A stretch of DNA of 64,000 nucleotides, from positions 9,527,271 through 9,591,270 of the forward strand of contig NC_052175.1 of assembly GCF_902713615.1 (NCBI RefSeq), in the 5' to 3' direction. The notes beneath the pieces are model-generated. The model searched no databases and was not told where the DNA came from. It saw nothing but the letters and a program-made list of their open reading frames with translations. Made by a program: the position numbers and the translations under genes. Positions 1 through 12,405 of this stretch are shown here, in pieces. Position 1 is the stretch's first letter, and the number at the start of each line of letters is the position of its first letter. The DNA is from Scyliorhinus canicula. Taxonomy: Eukaryota.

Positions 1-780
1 CCCCCCCCCCACCCCCCAGCAATAGCATTCAAAACGGTACACTGGCTTTGAAGGGGAACGGTCACGAGGGACCCCTGAACTGTATGACCGTACGTTTTCT
101 TTCCTCTGACTGTAACCCAGCTACTCTTGTCCTGTACCTTTGGTGTGGTTACCTCCCTGTAACTCTTTTTTATAACCCTCACTGCCTCCCGGATGATCCG
201 AGGTTCATCCAGCTCCATCCCCAGTTCCCTTCCACGATCTCTGAGATGCTGGAGTTGGGTGCACTTCCCGCAGGTATAGTCAATGGGGACACCGGTGGTA
301 TCCCTCACCACCAACATCCTACATGAGGGGCATGCAACTTCCCTAGCCTCCATCCTCTCTTACCTTACAGAATATAGCTGCACTTTGGAGCACCTGGAAC
401 TCCGTGCTTCGACTCCGCTCCCAGTCACCAGAGTCTCTCTAAACTCCGGGCACCCTTCATGCTCTTTGAGGAAATGTCGGAAACGAACTGAAAGGAGCAC
501 CTTAGTCCCTCCTCACCAAACTCCCTCAGTTACGAAACTCTCACTACAGCACTCAAATGCACCCAAATTCAGCGCTCACTGCAAACAAAGTCTGCACTGT
601 ATCTGCCTCACATTTATACGGTGAATCTAGCCTCTGAAAACTGGCCGAATCGAATGTACTAATTAACAAGCTCCAGCTGCATGTAGCTACAAGTAGAACG
701 TTTTTTTTAAAAAAGCTGACAGAAAATTCACCTTCTCTATACAAACAGCTTGTAGGCGAATGCTCCACAGTCACCTTTCC
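1..780 (-). mobile_element. CR1-type LINE, 5' UTR and ORF1 N-terminus (continues off the left edge)
   Basis: Minus strand matches the 5' UTR and ORF1 start of the CR1 copy at 29945-30600 (e.g. gataccaccggtgtccc..gactatacctgcgggaag; tttgcagtgagcgctgaatttgggtgcattt). Confidence 0.8.
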
Positions 781-904
781 CGATCCCGAACCTTACCTGC
801 CACACATCCTGCCCCCCCCCCCCCCCCCACAGCCCTGCTTCTGTAGTGGGAGTGGGACTACCTGAGGCCTGGGTCTGTAGGCCCCGTCCTGGTTTGAAGG
901 CACT

Positions 905-1170
905 GATTCCTTCCTCTTTCCTCCCAGCCCTCTGCCTGAGGTGGGAGTGGGACCGTCCAGAGCTGCAGGCCCTGCCTTCTGTCCTCCCGCCCCTCTGCCT
1001 GAAGCGGGAGTGGTACCATCCAGGGCTGCTGATCCTGCCTTCTGTCCTCCCACCCTTCTGTCTAATGTGGGAGTGAGACCATCCAGGGCACCAGGCCCAG
1101 CCTTCTGTCCTCCCAACCCACCCTGCCTGAGGTGGGAGAGGGACCACTTGGGGCCTGGTGCTGTACCCCC
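905..1170. repeat. GC-rich minisatellite, about 63-64 bp unit, about 4 diverged copies
   Basis: cc(t/a)gccttctgtcctccc recurs at 971, 1035 and 1098, each followed by a gggag(t/a)g(g/a)(g/t)acc-type motif; degenerate flanks extend to about 830-1320. Confidence 0.75.
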
Positions 1171-1429
1171 CTCCTGGGGTGAAAACCCTGTGCCCAGCCT
1201 TATTTCCTCCCATCCCTCTGTCTGTGGGGGTGGACCATCTGAGTCCTAGTGCTGCAGCCCCCCCTCCCGAGTTGAAGGCCCTGCTGCCTGCCTCTGTCCT
1301 CCCACTGAGGAAATGAACAGAAGGCATAATGGGTAGTTAGGTCAATTTAGAGTAACATTTTACTGCAGTAGAATAAGTAACTGGGATTCAGGGCAGGAAG
1401 TGGGGGATGGGCAGTCACTGAGACCATTT

Positions 1430-1742
1430 CTTTGTTGCCAAGGATACTGGGAAAAGATGCCCCAGGCCTGGTTGAGGAATGTGGGGAAAGCCTATGGGAG
1501 CTTTGCATTTATACTGTTGCCTTATTTGTTTGGAACCTGATGCAACGTGAATGTATCTGTACAGAAATGCTTAATCTCTGTTGTTCACTCTGGCTGTTGG
1601 AGAACCAGGAGACGGTTGTATCCTGCTCTGCAGATGGAGTGTGTCACCCAGCTAGCTGGTTGAAATAAACAATAATTGATACCTGCAAATCCGTCTCAAA
1701 TTTTATTGAGCCCAGACTGGCTGCAGAAGAATCAGGATTTAT
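1430..1742 (+). mobile_element. ERV-like LTR (copy 1)
   Basis: Contains aataaa and is homologous to 7200-7795 (actgttgccttattt..., aaatcc(g/a)tctc(a/g)aattttattgag(c/a)ccagactg); followed immediately by a PBS. The 5' boundary is approximate. Confidence 0.65.
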
Positions 1743-1745
1743 ATT

Positions 1746-1763
1746 TCGTGCCGAAAACCCGGG
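1746..1763 (+). promoter_or_regulatory. Primer-binding site, tRNA-Phe-like
   Basis: tcgtgccgaaaacccggg versus TGGTGCCGAAACCCGGG (complement of the tRNA-Phe 3' end): one substitution and one extra A, directly after the LTR. Confidence 0.65.
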
Positions 1764-3830
1764 TTTCTCCAGACGGTCACCGGCTGGCTGCAAATTCAGA
1801 ATTAGACTGATTTTGGACAGGGAATGTGGAAATGGGCCCGAAATGTGAGTAGCTGGAAAATGACCACATTGATTTCCTCTTTCTCATGGTCTGATCGGTT
1901 TGGTGACTCGCGTTTGGTATGGAAAGATCGTCTCGACGAAATCAAAGGTCAGTCTGGGGATTAGAAAGAAATATTTCAGTCGATGCAGGTACGGCTGAGG
2001 GTTAAAACGTGACTGAGGGAATACGGGGTAATAATTCATTTGGTACCTGAGGTAATATTGCCTGGTAAATCAGTTGCATGTGGGTTCAAAATTAATATTG
2101 GTTATATTGACTTGCACTTTAATTCGGTTAAGGTCTTTAACGGGTTGATGGGATGTCGCAGAAACAGTTCAGTAAAGACCACTGATGAAATGTTTGCGGA
2201 CAGTTCAATTCCGTACAATTAGAATTGGTCAAGTTAAAAATTTATTGTTTGGAGAGATGTTTTTTTCAGTGAAACAAGGGATTGGGAGATGAATGGCCAC
2301 TAGGGGGAAACCGGAGATTTGTGAAGTTTCGAATCGTGTCGGAGGGCTCTCAGCAAAATATTCTGTTTTAGTTCTTTACAAAATTCAAACTTGTATTGTT
2401 CGGTTGGTTGAGATGAATGAAAGTGTAATGATTTGAATTCCTTTTGTTTGAATTCAGATCTCCAATGAATGAATGAGTCCGTTTAATAAGAATTTGTGAA
2501 CATCCTCTGATATTCATAGTTTTTTAAAATGTTGTGTTTTGCAAAACGAAGTTGCACATCAATTAGGAGGTATTAGAGTGAGATTTAAAACGGGGTAAGT
2601 ATTAGAAAGCTCTTTAGAAAATCAGTAATAATGATTAACGTTGTGGGAGTTAATTAGAACATAATTCTCAATGAGTAAACAAAAAGCGAAATCAAAATTG
2701 GGATTTGTAAATGATTAATTGCAACTCGGCATTGTCTTGGCTGCTAAAAATAATTAAGGAATAAGAGGACAATGGAATCTAAATTGAAATGTGAAGACTA
2801 GGCACTCGGTGTCCGCCAGGTGTTCCTTTGTTTGTTCGGTGTGTTCCAAATTTGTAGAGTTTTCAGTATTTTCTCTGGAAACTCACTACATCTCAAATTT
2901 ACTGATCGAGGTTTTTCATACAGCTAAGGCTATGGATTTTGTTTCCTTTTTTTTGACGACATTGCAGATGGAGCTTTAAGGAATAAAGATATGGGACTGG
3001 AGCCTAGATTAGGAGCATTACTCTCAGTAATCAGGAAAGGAGAATCTGATGGCAGGGAGAGATTAATAAAAAAAAGAAAAAATTAAGATATAAACGCAAA
3101 TTGATAACTAGAGGAGAGAAGGAAAGCAACACTAGTAACCTCTTTGGCACTAAAAATAAGGTATACTGTTATTAATGGGGTATATTAAAGGGGTATATTA
3201 AAGGGGTATATTAACGAAACAATTATATTGGTCCCTACGATGGGAAGGGAACATTGCATGGACATTGCCCTGTTTTTGGACTGAATGTAAACTTGATTTT
3301 GGATGTGACAAGACTTGTGCCACAAAGGTAAAATCATGCCGTGCGGAGGGGGTAGGAGAAGAGAGGAGGAGAGAGAGGTGGAATAGCGAGAGGAAGGAAC
3401 GGGTAAAAAGGGGGGCAAGATGGGAATGCAGGTTATCAGGAGGTATATTAACTTCTCTTAGGACCCAGAACGAAGGGAACCTGGGCAACATGAGGTACGG
3501 CTGTTTGCTGGTAGAGATGAAAATTAATATAGCATGTCTGTTCTCCACTTGTACTGATCCAAAGTGTCGCATAACCCTGACATCAGGTCAATGCGTCTGT
3601 TACAACACCACTTGTGTCCCGCTGAAGGCAGGCTGGTCGAATGCATCTCATATCACTGGGGACTAGGGCTCTCCGCATTACTTGGAAGTTCGGATGGGCA
3701 TTCCGTAGTTGGATAAACTGGGCCTCTGGGGGATTCCTGACCTAACCGATATACTGATTGTGATGCTAGCCTGTATACGGATCAAGGATGCTACTTCATT
3801 TTTAATGGCACGGCGACGAGAACTACCACT
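1764..3830 (+). mobile_element. ERV-like internal region: long AT-rich leader, Cys-rich ORF remnant (3265-3666) and hydrophobic env/TM-like remnant (about 3709-3780)
   Basis: Follows LTR+PBS; ORF 3265-3666 is Cys-rich with an NTT sequon; the next ORF has LGLWGIPDLTDILIVMLACIR. No recognisable pol. Confidence 0.4.
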
Positions 3831-3914
3831 CCCCCCCCCCCCCCCCTTCGCGCAAGCGGGCTCAGCAGAATTATGCGAGGTGAATCCTGAGCACAGCTCT
3901 GGACTCAAAGGGCG

Positions 3915-4140
3915 GTGAGTTTCTGGAAAGAGCTGCCAGAGGCAGTGGCCGATGCTGGTACAATTCTTTCCTTTAGAAAACAGTTAGACAGTTACATGGA
4001 CAGGGGTGGTGGTGGGGGGCGGGGGGGGGGGGGGTTGGGGGGGGGGTATCGTGGGAAATACGGGCGTTGTGATAGAAATTGGGCGGCATGTACAAGCTAG
4101 GCCAAATGTCCTTTTCCATGCTGCGAACATCTATGACTCT
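3915..4140 (+). mobile_element. CR1 LINE 3' end fragment
   Basis: W.ELPEAVADAGTILSFRKQLDSYMD is the typical CR1 ORF2 C-terminus; a short-repeat tail follows. Confidence 0.75.
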
Positions 4141-6480
4141 AGACTCTGTAATAGTGGAGCTGTGCCTGTGAACAATCGATGCCCATGACAAAACAGAGCA
4201 GTTTTCTCTGTGAGCAGTAGATTGCAATGTTTGAACATTGCTGCGGTCCAACTGACAAATGGATTACAATGTTAGAACATTGGATCTATCTCGTTGAACA
4301 ATAGATCCAATGTTCGAACTGTGGAATTGTCTGTGTTAATAAAACATTGTAATGTTACATCGGCGTTGCTGTCTCTCTGAAAACTATATTGCAAAGTCAG
4401 AACGGTGCAGATGGACCAGTGAAAAACAGTTCAATGTTAGCACAGTGGAGCTGTCTCTGTGAATAATATATTGTAATGTTAGAACAGTGCAGCTGCCTTG
4501 TTGAATAACGTAATCCAATGTTGGAGCATTCGATCTGTCTCGTTGAACAATAGATCCAATGTTAGAACAGTGCAGATGTCTCTGTGAATAACATTGCAAT
4601 GTCAGAAATGTGGAGCTGTCTCGGCGAACAACAGAAATCAATGTTAGAACATTGGAGCTGTCTCTGTTAATAATATATAGAAATGTTAGAACATTGGATA
4701 TGTCTCGGTGAGCATAGAATCCAATGTTAGAACAGTGGAGTTTTCTTTGTGAATAATATATTTAAGTGTTAGAAAAGTTTTGCTGTCTCTCTGAATACTG
4801 CACTGCAATGTTAGAACTGTGGAGCTGTTTCTGTGAACAATAAATTTCGATGTCAGAACAGTGGAACTGTGTCTGTGAACAATAGATTCCAATGTTCGAC
4901 AATGGAGTTGTCACTTTCAACAATAGATTGCAATGTTGGAATATTGGAGATTTCTGCGTGAACAAAATATTCCAACGTTGGAACAGTGAACAAATTATTG
5001 CAATGTCAGAACATTGGAGATCTCCCTTTGAATTAGGCAGTGCAATGTCAGAACAGTCGAGCTGTTTCTGTGAACAATAGATTGCAATGTGAGAACATTG
5101 GACTATCTCTGTCAACAATATGTTGCCTTGTCAGGCCAGTGGAGATGCCTCTGTTTACAATAGATTGCAGAGTCAGAACAGCGGAACTGTCTCTGTATAC
5201 AATATATAGCAATGTTCTGGAGAGTGAATCTGCCTCTGTGAACAATAGATTGGAACATGGGAACATTCGAGCTGCCTCTGTGAAAAATATATTACAATGT
5301 CAAAACATTGCAACTGTTTATTGAACAATAATTCCAATGCCAGAACGGTGTAGCTCTCTGTGTGAACAAGAGATTGCAATGATAGAACAGTGGAGCTATG
5401 TCTGTGTTCAATTGATTGCAAACTGAGAACTGGCCAGCTGTGTATTTTAACAATAGATTGCAATGTTAAAACAGTAGTTCTGTCTTTGTAAATAGTCGAA
5501 TTCCATGTTAGAACAGTGCAGCTGCCGATTCGAACAGCAGATTGTAACGTCAGGACAATGGTGCTGTCGCTTTGAACATTGGATTCTAATGTTCGAACAG
5601 TTGAGTTGTCTTTGTGAAAAACAGATTACAATGTTAGTACTGTCTCGCTGTCTCTGTAAACAAGGATTCCAATGTTAGAATCGTAGAGCGGTCTCTGTGA
5701 AAAACAGATGCCAATGACAGATCAGTGCAGTTTTCTCTGTGAACATTTGATTGCTATGTTTGAACATTGCACGGGCCCATATGGCGAACAGATTGCAACG
5801 CAGAACAGAGGAACTATCTGTGTGGGCATTAGTTTGCAATTTTACAACTGTGATGTTGTCTCTGTGAAAAGTTGATTGTGATGGTAGAACATTGGAGCTT
5901 TCTCGTTGAAGAATAGGTCCAATATTAGAACAGTGGAACTGTCTCTGTGAACAATATATGGCAATGCAGAACAGTGGAACTGTATCTTTGAAGAATAGAT
6001 TCCAATGTGCGGCAGTGGAAGTGTCACTTTCAACAACAGATTGAAATGTTACAATATTGGATATGCCTGTATGAACAACAGATTTCAACGTCAGAACAGT
6101 GAAGTTGTATCTGTGAACAAATTATTGCAATGTCAGAAAATTGGAGCAGTTCATTTTTCCTATAGATTTCAATGTCAGAACAGATGATCGTTTCTGTGAA
6201 GAATAGATTGCAATGTGAGAACATTGGATCTGTCTCTCTCAACAATAGGTCAGAGCAGTGGGCATGCATTTGTGAACAAAAGATGGCAGTATTAGAAAAA
6301 TGGAACAGTCAATGTGTATAATACACGGCAATGCTGGGAACATTGAGCTGTCTCTGTGAATAATTGATTGCAAAGTCAGGACAGCGGAACTGCAATGTGC
6401 CGAACAATGATTCTGCCTCTGTAAACAATAGATCAGAGCATTCGAACATTCGATCTGTCTCTGTGAATAATAGATTCCAC
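4141..6480. repeat. 42-bp minisatellite array, roughly 55 diverged units
   Basis: Consensus about aatgttagaacagtggagctgtctctgtgaacaatagattgc; consecutive units counted as 42 nt at about 4806-4890. Confidence 0.9.
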
Positions 6481-6701
6481 GTTGAGGGATTGAACAAACG
6501 AATGCGGTACAAAATTGGAGAATTAGTTAGGATAACGTAGAGGTAGCAGCGGGCATAGGAACCGGGGCGTAGGGTAGTGAGTTTATCAGAGAATGAAAAA
6601 AGGAACTGGGGAAAGCGTGGCTAGGAAGGGAGGGATGGTAGTTGCTAGGACCAGATCCTCGTGCAGAGAGTGGTGGAAGGAATGCTGGGTAAAAGAGGCC
6701 A

Positions 6702-7140
6702 TGATGTGGAGATGCCGGCGTTGGACTGGGCTGAGCACGGTAAGAAGTCTTACAACACCAGGTTAAAGTCCAACTGGTTTGTTTCAAACCACGAGCTGTC
6801 GGAGCGCAGCTCCTTCCTCAGGTGAATGGCGAGGTATGTTCCAGAAACATTTATACAGACAAAGTCAGAGATGCTGGACAATGCTTGGAATGCGAGCATT
6901 TGCAGGTAATCAAATCATTACAGATCCAGGGAGAGGGATAATCACAGGTTAAAGAGGTGTGAATTGTCTCAAGCCAGAACAGATGGTAGGATTTTTCAAG
7001 TCCAGGCCAGATGGTGGGGGGTGGATGTAATGCGACATGAATCCAAGATCCCTGTTGAGGCCGCAATTATGTGTGCGCAACTTCGCTTTAAGTTTTTGCT
7101 CGGCAGTTCTGCGTTGTCGCGTGTCCTGAAGAGGGCCACA
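6702..7140 (-). mobile_element. Penelope-like element 3' portion / pseudo-LTR
   Basis: Reverse complement matches the plus-strand Penelope segments at about 7930-8000 and 8430-8665 (cttcaggacacgcgacaa; cctgcaaatgctcgcattc; cctggtg(t/c)tgtaagacttctta). Confidence 0.75.
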
Positions 7141-7199
7141 GTGTTGAGGAATGCGAAGTGAGCCAATCAGGATATATGACCAGGTCAGGAAGTGTATAG

Positions 7200-7795
7200 G
7201 GATGACCTATGTGAATCGTGCATTCATTACTGTTGCCTTATTTGGTCAGAAATGTGAAACTTGATGCAATTCGGATCTCTATGAAGCACGGTAGCATGGT
7301 GGTTAGTATAAGTGCTTCACAGCTCCAGGGTCCCAGGTTCGATTCCCGGCTGGGTCACTGTCTGTGCGGAGTCTGCACGTCCTCCCCGTGTGTGTGTGGG
7401 TTTCCACCGGGTGCTCCGGTTTCCTCCCACAGTCCAAAGATGTGCGGGTTAGGTGAATTGGCCATGCTAAATTGCCCGTAGTGTCCTAAAAAAGTAAGGT
7501 TGGTGGGGGGGTTGTTGGGATACGGGTATAGGGGGGATACGTGGGTTTGAGTGGGGTGATCATTGCTCGGCACAACATCGAGGGCCGAAGGGCCTGTTCT
7601 GTGCTCTACTGTTCTATGTTCTATGTTTCTTTGTTCTCACTCGCTCTGGAAGATACAGGAGACAAGGTTGTGTCCTGTCCCTTAATAGAGTGAGTCCCAC
7701 TTGCAAGTTGGTTAAAATAAATAATAATTGTTATATCCAAATCCATCTCGAATTTTATTGAGACCAGACTGACGGGAAAAGAGATTAATATTGTC
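7200..7795 (+). mobile_element. ERV-like LTR (copy 2) interrupted by a SINE
   Basis: Collinear with LTR copy 1 once 7286-7628 is removed; no PBS follows. Confidence 0.6.
7286..7628 (+). mobile_element. tRNA-derived V-SINE (HE1-like)
   Basis: tRNA-like head (ggttcgattccc B box), V-domain core (gggtcactgtctgtgcggagtctgcacgtcctccccgtg...) and CR1-like tail gggccgaagggcctgttctgtgct..(ttctatg)n. Confidence 0.9.
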
Positions 7796-8665
7796 TCATG
7801 CAGACGCTGCGACAATGGATGAACGGATATCGCGCGACTATCATCAGGCAGGAATGTTCCTTCCAGTCGGGGAACACTTCAGCAGTCATGGGCATTCAGC
7901 ATCTGACGTCCGGGTAAGTGTTCTCCAAGGCAGCCTTCAGGACACGCGACAATGCAAAATCGGCGAGCACCAACTTATTGCCACGTCACGTAGGAATAAC
8001 AGCAAACGGGATTATTATTTAAACTATAAAATATTAAAGCATGCCGCTGTTCAGAGAGACTTGGGTGTGCTAGTGCATGAGTCACAGAAGGTTGGTTTAC
8101 AAGTGCAACAGGTGATTAAGAAGGCAAATGGAATGTTGTCCTTCATTGCTAGAGGGATGGTGTTTAAGACTAGGGAGGTTATGTTGCAATTGTATAAGGT
8201 GTTAGTGCGGCCACACCTGGAGTATTGTGTTCAGTTTTGGTCTCCTTACTTGAGAAAGGACATACTGGCGCTGGAAGGTGTGCAGAGGAGATTCACTAGG
8301 TTAATCCCAGAGCTGGAGGGGTTGGATTATGAGGAGAGGTTGAGTAGACTGGGACTGTACTCGTTGGAATTTAGAAGGATGAGGGGGGATCTTATAGAAT
8401 CATTTAAAATTATGAAGGGAATAGATAGGCCTTGAGACAATTCACGCCAATTTAACCTGGCGTTATCCCCATCTCTGGATCTCTAAAGACTTAAATACCT
8501 GCAAATGCTCGCATTCAAAGCATTGTCTTGCATCTTTGACTTTGTCTATGTATCTGTTTTCGGAACCTCCCTCTTCATTCACCTGATGAAGGAGGAGTGC
8601 TTCGAAAGCTAATGATTTCAAACAAACCTGCTGGACTCTATCCTGGTGCTGTAAGACTTCTTACT
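7796..8665 (+). mobile_element. Penelope-like GIY-YIG C-terminal/3' fragment with a nested CR1 fragment (about 8020-8430)
   Basis: LPVGEHFSSHGHSASDVRVSVLQG is Penelope-like; QRDLGVLVHESQKV...RPHLEYCVQFWSPY is the CR1 ORF2 C-terminus. Confidence 0.75.
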
Positions 8666-11600
8666 ACTACACCCTCTCTCTCTGTAGCTCTCTTTTTGTA
8701 TCTCTCACTCTCTGTCTCTCTCTCTCTCAGTATACCTCTTTATCTCCCTGTCTCAATTTCAATTTCAGTCTCAATCAGATCCTCAATCTGAATCTCAGTC
8801 TCAATCTATCTCTGTTTATTTCTCTCTCTCTGTATCTTTCCCTCTCTCTGTAGGTCTCTGTATCTCTCTCTCTCTCTTTGACTTCCCTCTGTAGTTCTCT
8901 CTCTCACTATCTCTCTCTCTCTATCTCTCTATCCATCGCACTCTCACACTCTCTCTCTCCTTACATCGCTCTCTCACTCACTGTATCTCTCTATCTCTCA
9001 GTCTGAATCTCAATCCCATTCTCAATCTCAATGTCTCTCTTTCTATCACTGTATCTTTTTCTCGCTCTCTCTGTTGCTCTCTCTGTAGCTCTTTTGCTGC
9101 ACCTCTCTCTCTGTATCTCTCTGCGAGTCTCCCTCCATTTACTTCTCTCTCTCTCAATATGTGCCTGTCTCGGTGTCTGTCCCCCCCTCTCTCTCTGTCT
9201 CTCTTTCTGCATCTCTATCTCTCCCTGTTTCTCACTCTCTCTCTGCATCTCCATGTGTGTATCTCTTTCTCTGCATCTTCTCGCTGTACCTGTCTCCCTC
9301 TCTCACTGTACCTCTCTATCTAGCTGTCTCAAACTAAATCTCAACCTCAATCTCAATCGGTCTCTCGCTCTCCCTCTTTCTCTCTCTCCCTATCTATCTC
9401 TCCCTGTCTCTCTCTTTCCCTCTCAAATTTCCTCTCTGTATCTCGCTCGACGTCCCGCTCTGTATTTCTCCCTCTCTCTATGTATCTGTATCTCTTTCTG
9501 GACCAGCCTCTCTGTGTGTGTCTCTCTCTCCAGTTCTCTCTCTCTCCCCACCTATCTCGCTCTCTCTCTCACACTTTCCATCTCTCTCTCTCTCTGTTGC
9601 ACTTTAGCCCTCTCTCTCTCTGTACCTCTCAATCTGCTCTCTCAATCACACTCAATCTCAGTCTTAACCTCAATCTCAACCTCAATCTTTATCTATCTAT
9701 CTGTTTCTCTCTCTTTCTCTCTCAATCACTCCCTCTCTCTTTTTCTGAACCTCCATCTCTGTATTTCTCTATTGCTATCTCTCTCTCTCTCTCTCTCACT
9801 TTACATGTCTCTCTCTGGCACTCTTTCTCTCTCAGTCTCTCTCTCTCTCTCACTTTACATCTCGCTGTCTCTCTTTCTCCCTCCCTCTTTCTTGACATCT
9901 CCCTCCGTTGCTCTCTCTCTCTGTTTCTCTCTCTCTATCTTTCCATCTCTCTGAAACTCTCTCTTTGTACTGTCTCTTGACCTCCCACTTTATCTCTCTC
10001 TCTGACTCCCTCTCGCTATCTCTCTTTACATATCTCTCTCTCTCACTTTCTCTGTCTGTCACGTTACATTTCTCTCTCTCGCTCTCACTTTACATTTCTC
10101 TAACTCTCGCTCTCTGTCTCTCTCTCTCTCTCTAACTTTTCATCTCTCTAACTCTCTATCTCCTCAATCACAATCTCAATCCCACACTGAAACTTTCTTT
10201 CTCACTGTGTCTCTCACTCTCCCTGTTGCTCGCTTCCTGTAGCTCTGTCTGTATCTTTCTCTCCGAGACTCCCTCTGTGCCTCTCCCCCTCTCTCTCTCT
10301 TTCTCTCTCTCTGTCCATCTCCCTGTCTCTCTCTCTGCCTCTGTCTTTCTGCAGCACTCTCCCTGTATCGCTCTCTCCGTGTCTCCCTCTTTGCACCTCC
10401 ACCCCCTGTCTCTGTCCGTCTCGCTCTCCCTTGTCTATGTCAGTCTCTGTCTCTCTCTCCCTCTGGATGTCTCTGTCTCTGGCTCTCCCTCTCTGTGTGT
10501 CACTCTCTTTCTGCATCTTCTATCTCTCTCTTGCTCTCTCACAATTTACACCTCTTTCTCAATAACTCACCATACTTCTCTCTAGTTCTCTCTCTGTCTC
10601 TTTCTCTCTCACTTTACATCTCTCAAACTCTCTGTCTCCTGTTCTGCCTCTCTCTCCATCACTGTACCTCTCTATTTCTCTCAATCGGAATCCATTTCAG
10701 AATCTCAATCTCTCTATCTCCCTCTCTGTTTTTCGCTCTGTAGCCCTCTCTCTCTGTTCCTATCTCTGATCTCTCTCTCAGGGTCTCCCTCGTTGTACCT
10801 CCCCCCCCCCCCCCCCCTCTCTCTCTCTCTCGCGCGCTCTCTGTTTCTCGCTCTGTAGCTCTCTCCCTGTTTCTCTCTCTTATCTCTCCTTCAGTGTCCC
10901 TCTATATTCCTCTCTCCCGCGCTTAGGCTCCCTCTCTCTCTGCCCCTCTTTCTGCATCACTCTCTCTGTATTGCTTTCTCCGTGGCTCCCTCTCTTTGCC
11001 TCTCTCTTTCTCTCTGTCAGTGTCAGTCCCTGTCTCTGCCCCCCCCCCCCCCCTCTCTGTCTTTCGCTTTCTGCATCTCTCTCTCTCCCTGTATCTCTCT
11101 GTCTATATATCTCTCTCAGGATCTCGCTCTGTCTCACCTGCATCTCTCTCTCTGGACCTCGCTCTGTATTTTTCTCTCTCTCCCATTTCTCATAATTTAT
11201 ATCTCTCTCCCTTTCTCTCTCTGCAGCTCCCTCTTTGTATCCCTCTCTGTTTCGCTGTCCATCTCTCTCTCTCGACGTCCCTGGCAATTTTTTACTCTCT
11301 CTCTATCTCTCTCACTTTACATTTCTTTCCCCCTCTCTCACTCACTTTGCATCTCTCTCTGTCTCTCGCTTTACATCTCTTTCTGTTTCTCTCTCTCTGT
11401 CACTCACTGTGCCTCTCTATCACGCTCAATCTCAATCTCATTCTCAATCACAGTCTCAACCTTAATCTCTCTCTCGCTCTCACTGTATCTCTCGGTGTTA
11501 CTGGCTCTCTGTACCTCTCTCTCTGTATCGCTGTGTCTCTCTCTTTGAGTCACCTTTCTATATATATCTCACTCTCACTCTGTCTCTGTCTCTCCCTCTC

Positions 11601-11748
11601 TTTGTCTACCTCTGTCTTTCTGTATCTCTCGCTCCGTGTCTCCCTCTATGTATCCCCCCTCTCACTGTCTCTCTCTCTCTCTGTCTTCCCTGTCTGTCTG
11701 TATTTTTGCCTGTCTCAGTCCCTGCCTCTCACTCTCGCTCTCTCTTTC

Positions 11749-11791
<43 letters not shown>

Positions 11792-12405
11792 GTCACTCCA
11801 CCTCTCTATGTCTCCGTATCTCTCTGTGCATTTCTCTCTCTAACTCCCGCTCTTTCGCTCTCTTTATCTCTCTCTCACGCACTTCACATATTTCTCTCTC
11901 TCTTTCAGTCTCTCTCGCTCATTTAACATATTTCGCGCACTTTGCATAACTCCCTCTCTCTTTGTACCTCTATCTCTCGCAATCTTAATCACAATTTCAG
12001 TGTCAATCTCAATCTCTCTCTCTATTTCGCTGTCTCTCACTGCAGCTCTCTCTTTGTACCGCTCTCCCTCACTCTCTCCCACTTTACATCCCTCTCTTCA
12101 CTTTATATCTCCCCCTCTCTTTCTGTCGCTCTCTCTTCGTACCTCTCTCTCTGTCTCTATCCTTTCTCTCTCCCTCAATGTCCCTCGCTATCTTTCCCTC
12201 TCAATTTCAATCTCAGTCTCAATCAGAACCTCAATCTGATTCTCAATCTTAATCTATCTCTATCTCTGTTTTTCTCTCTCTCTCTGTATCTTTCTCTCTA
12301 TCTGTAGCTCTCTCTTTGTATATTTATCTCTCTTGGCCTAACCCTGTATTTCTCTCTCTCACTATCACTCACATTCTCTCTCTGCCTCTCTCTCTCTCTC
12401 ACTCA

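Noticed and set aside
737-1327. 196-aa Gly/Arg-rich minus-strand ORF
   Set aside because: Generated by the GC-rich minisatellite and runs into the CR1 5' UTR.
4384-6512. Repetitive ORFs (IVHRDSSTVLTL...) in the 42-bp array as a real gene
   Set aside because: Stops break every frame; no start context, splice sites or flanking exons.
7286-7360. tRNA-like sequences with A/B boxes (here and in other SINE heads) as tRNA genes
   Set aside because: Each continues into a V-SINE core and LINE-like tail, so they are SINE heads and not tRNA genes.
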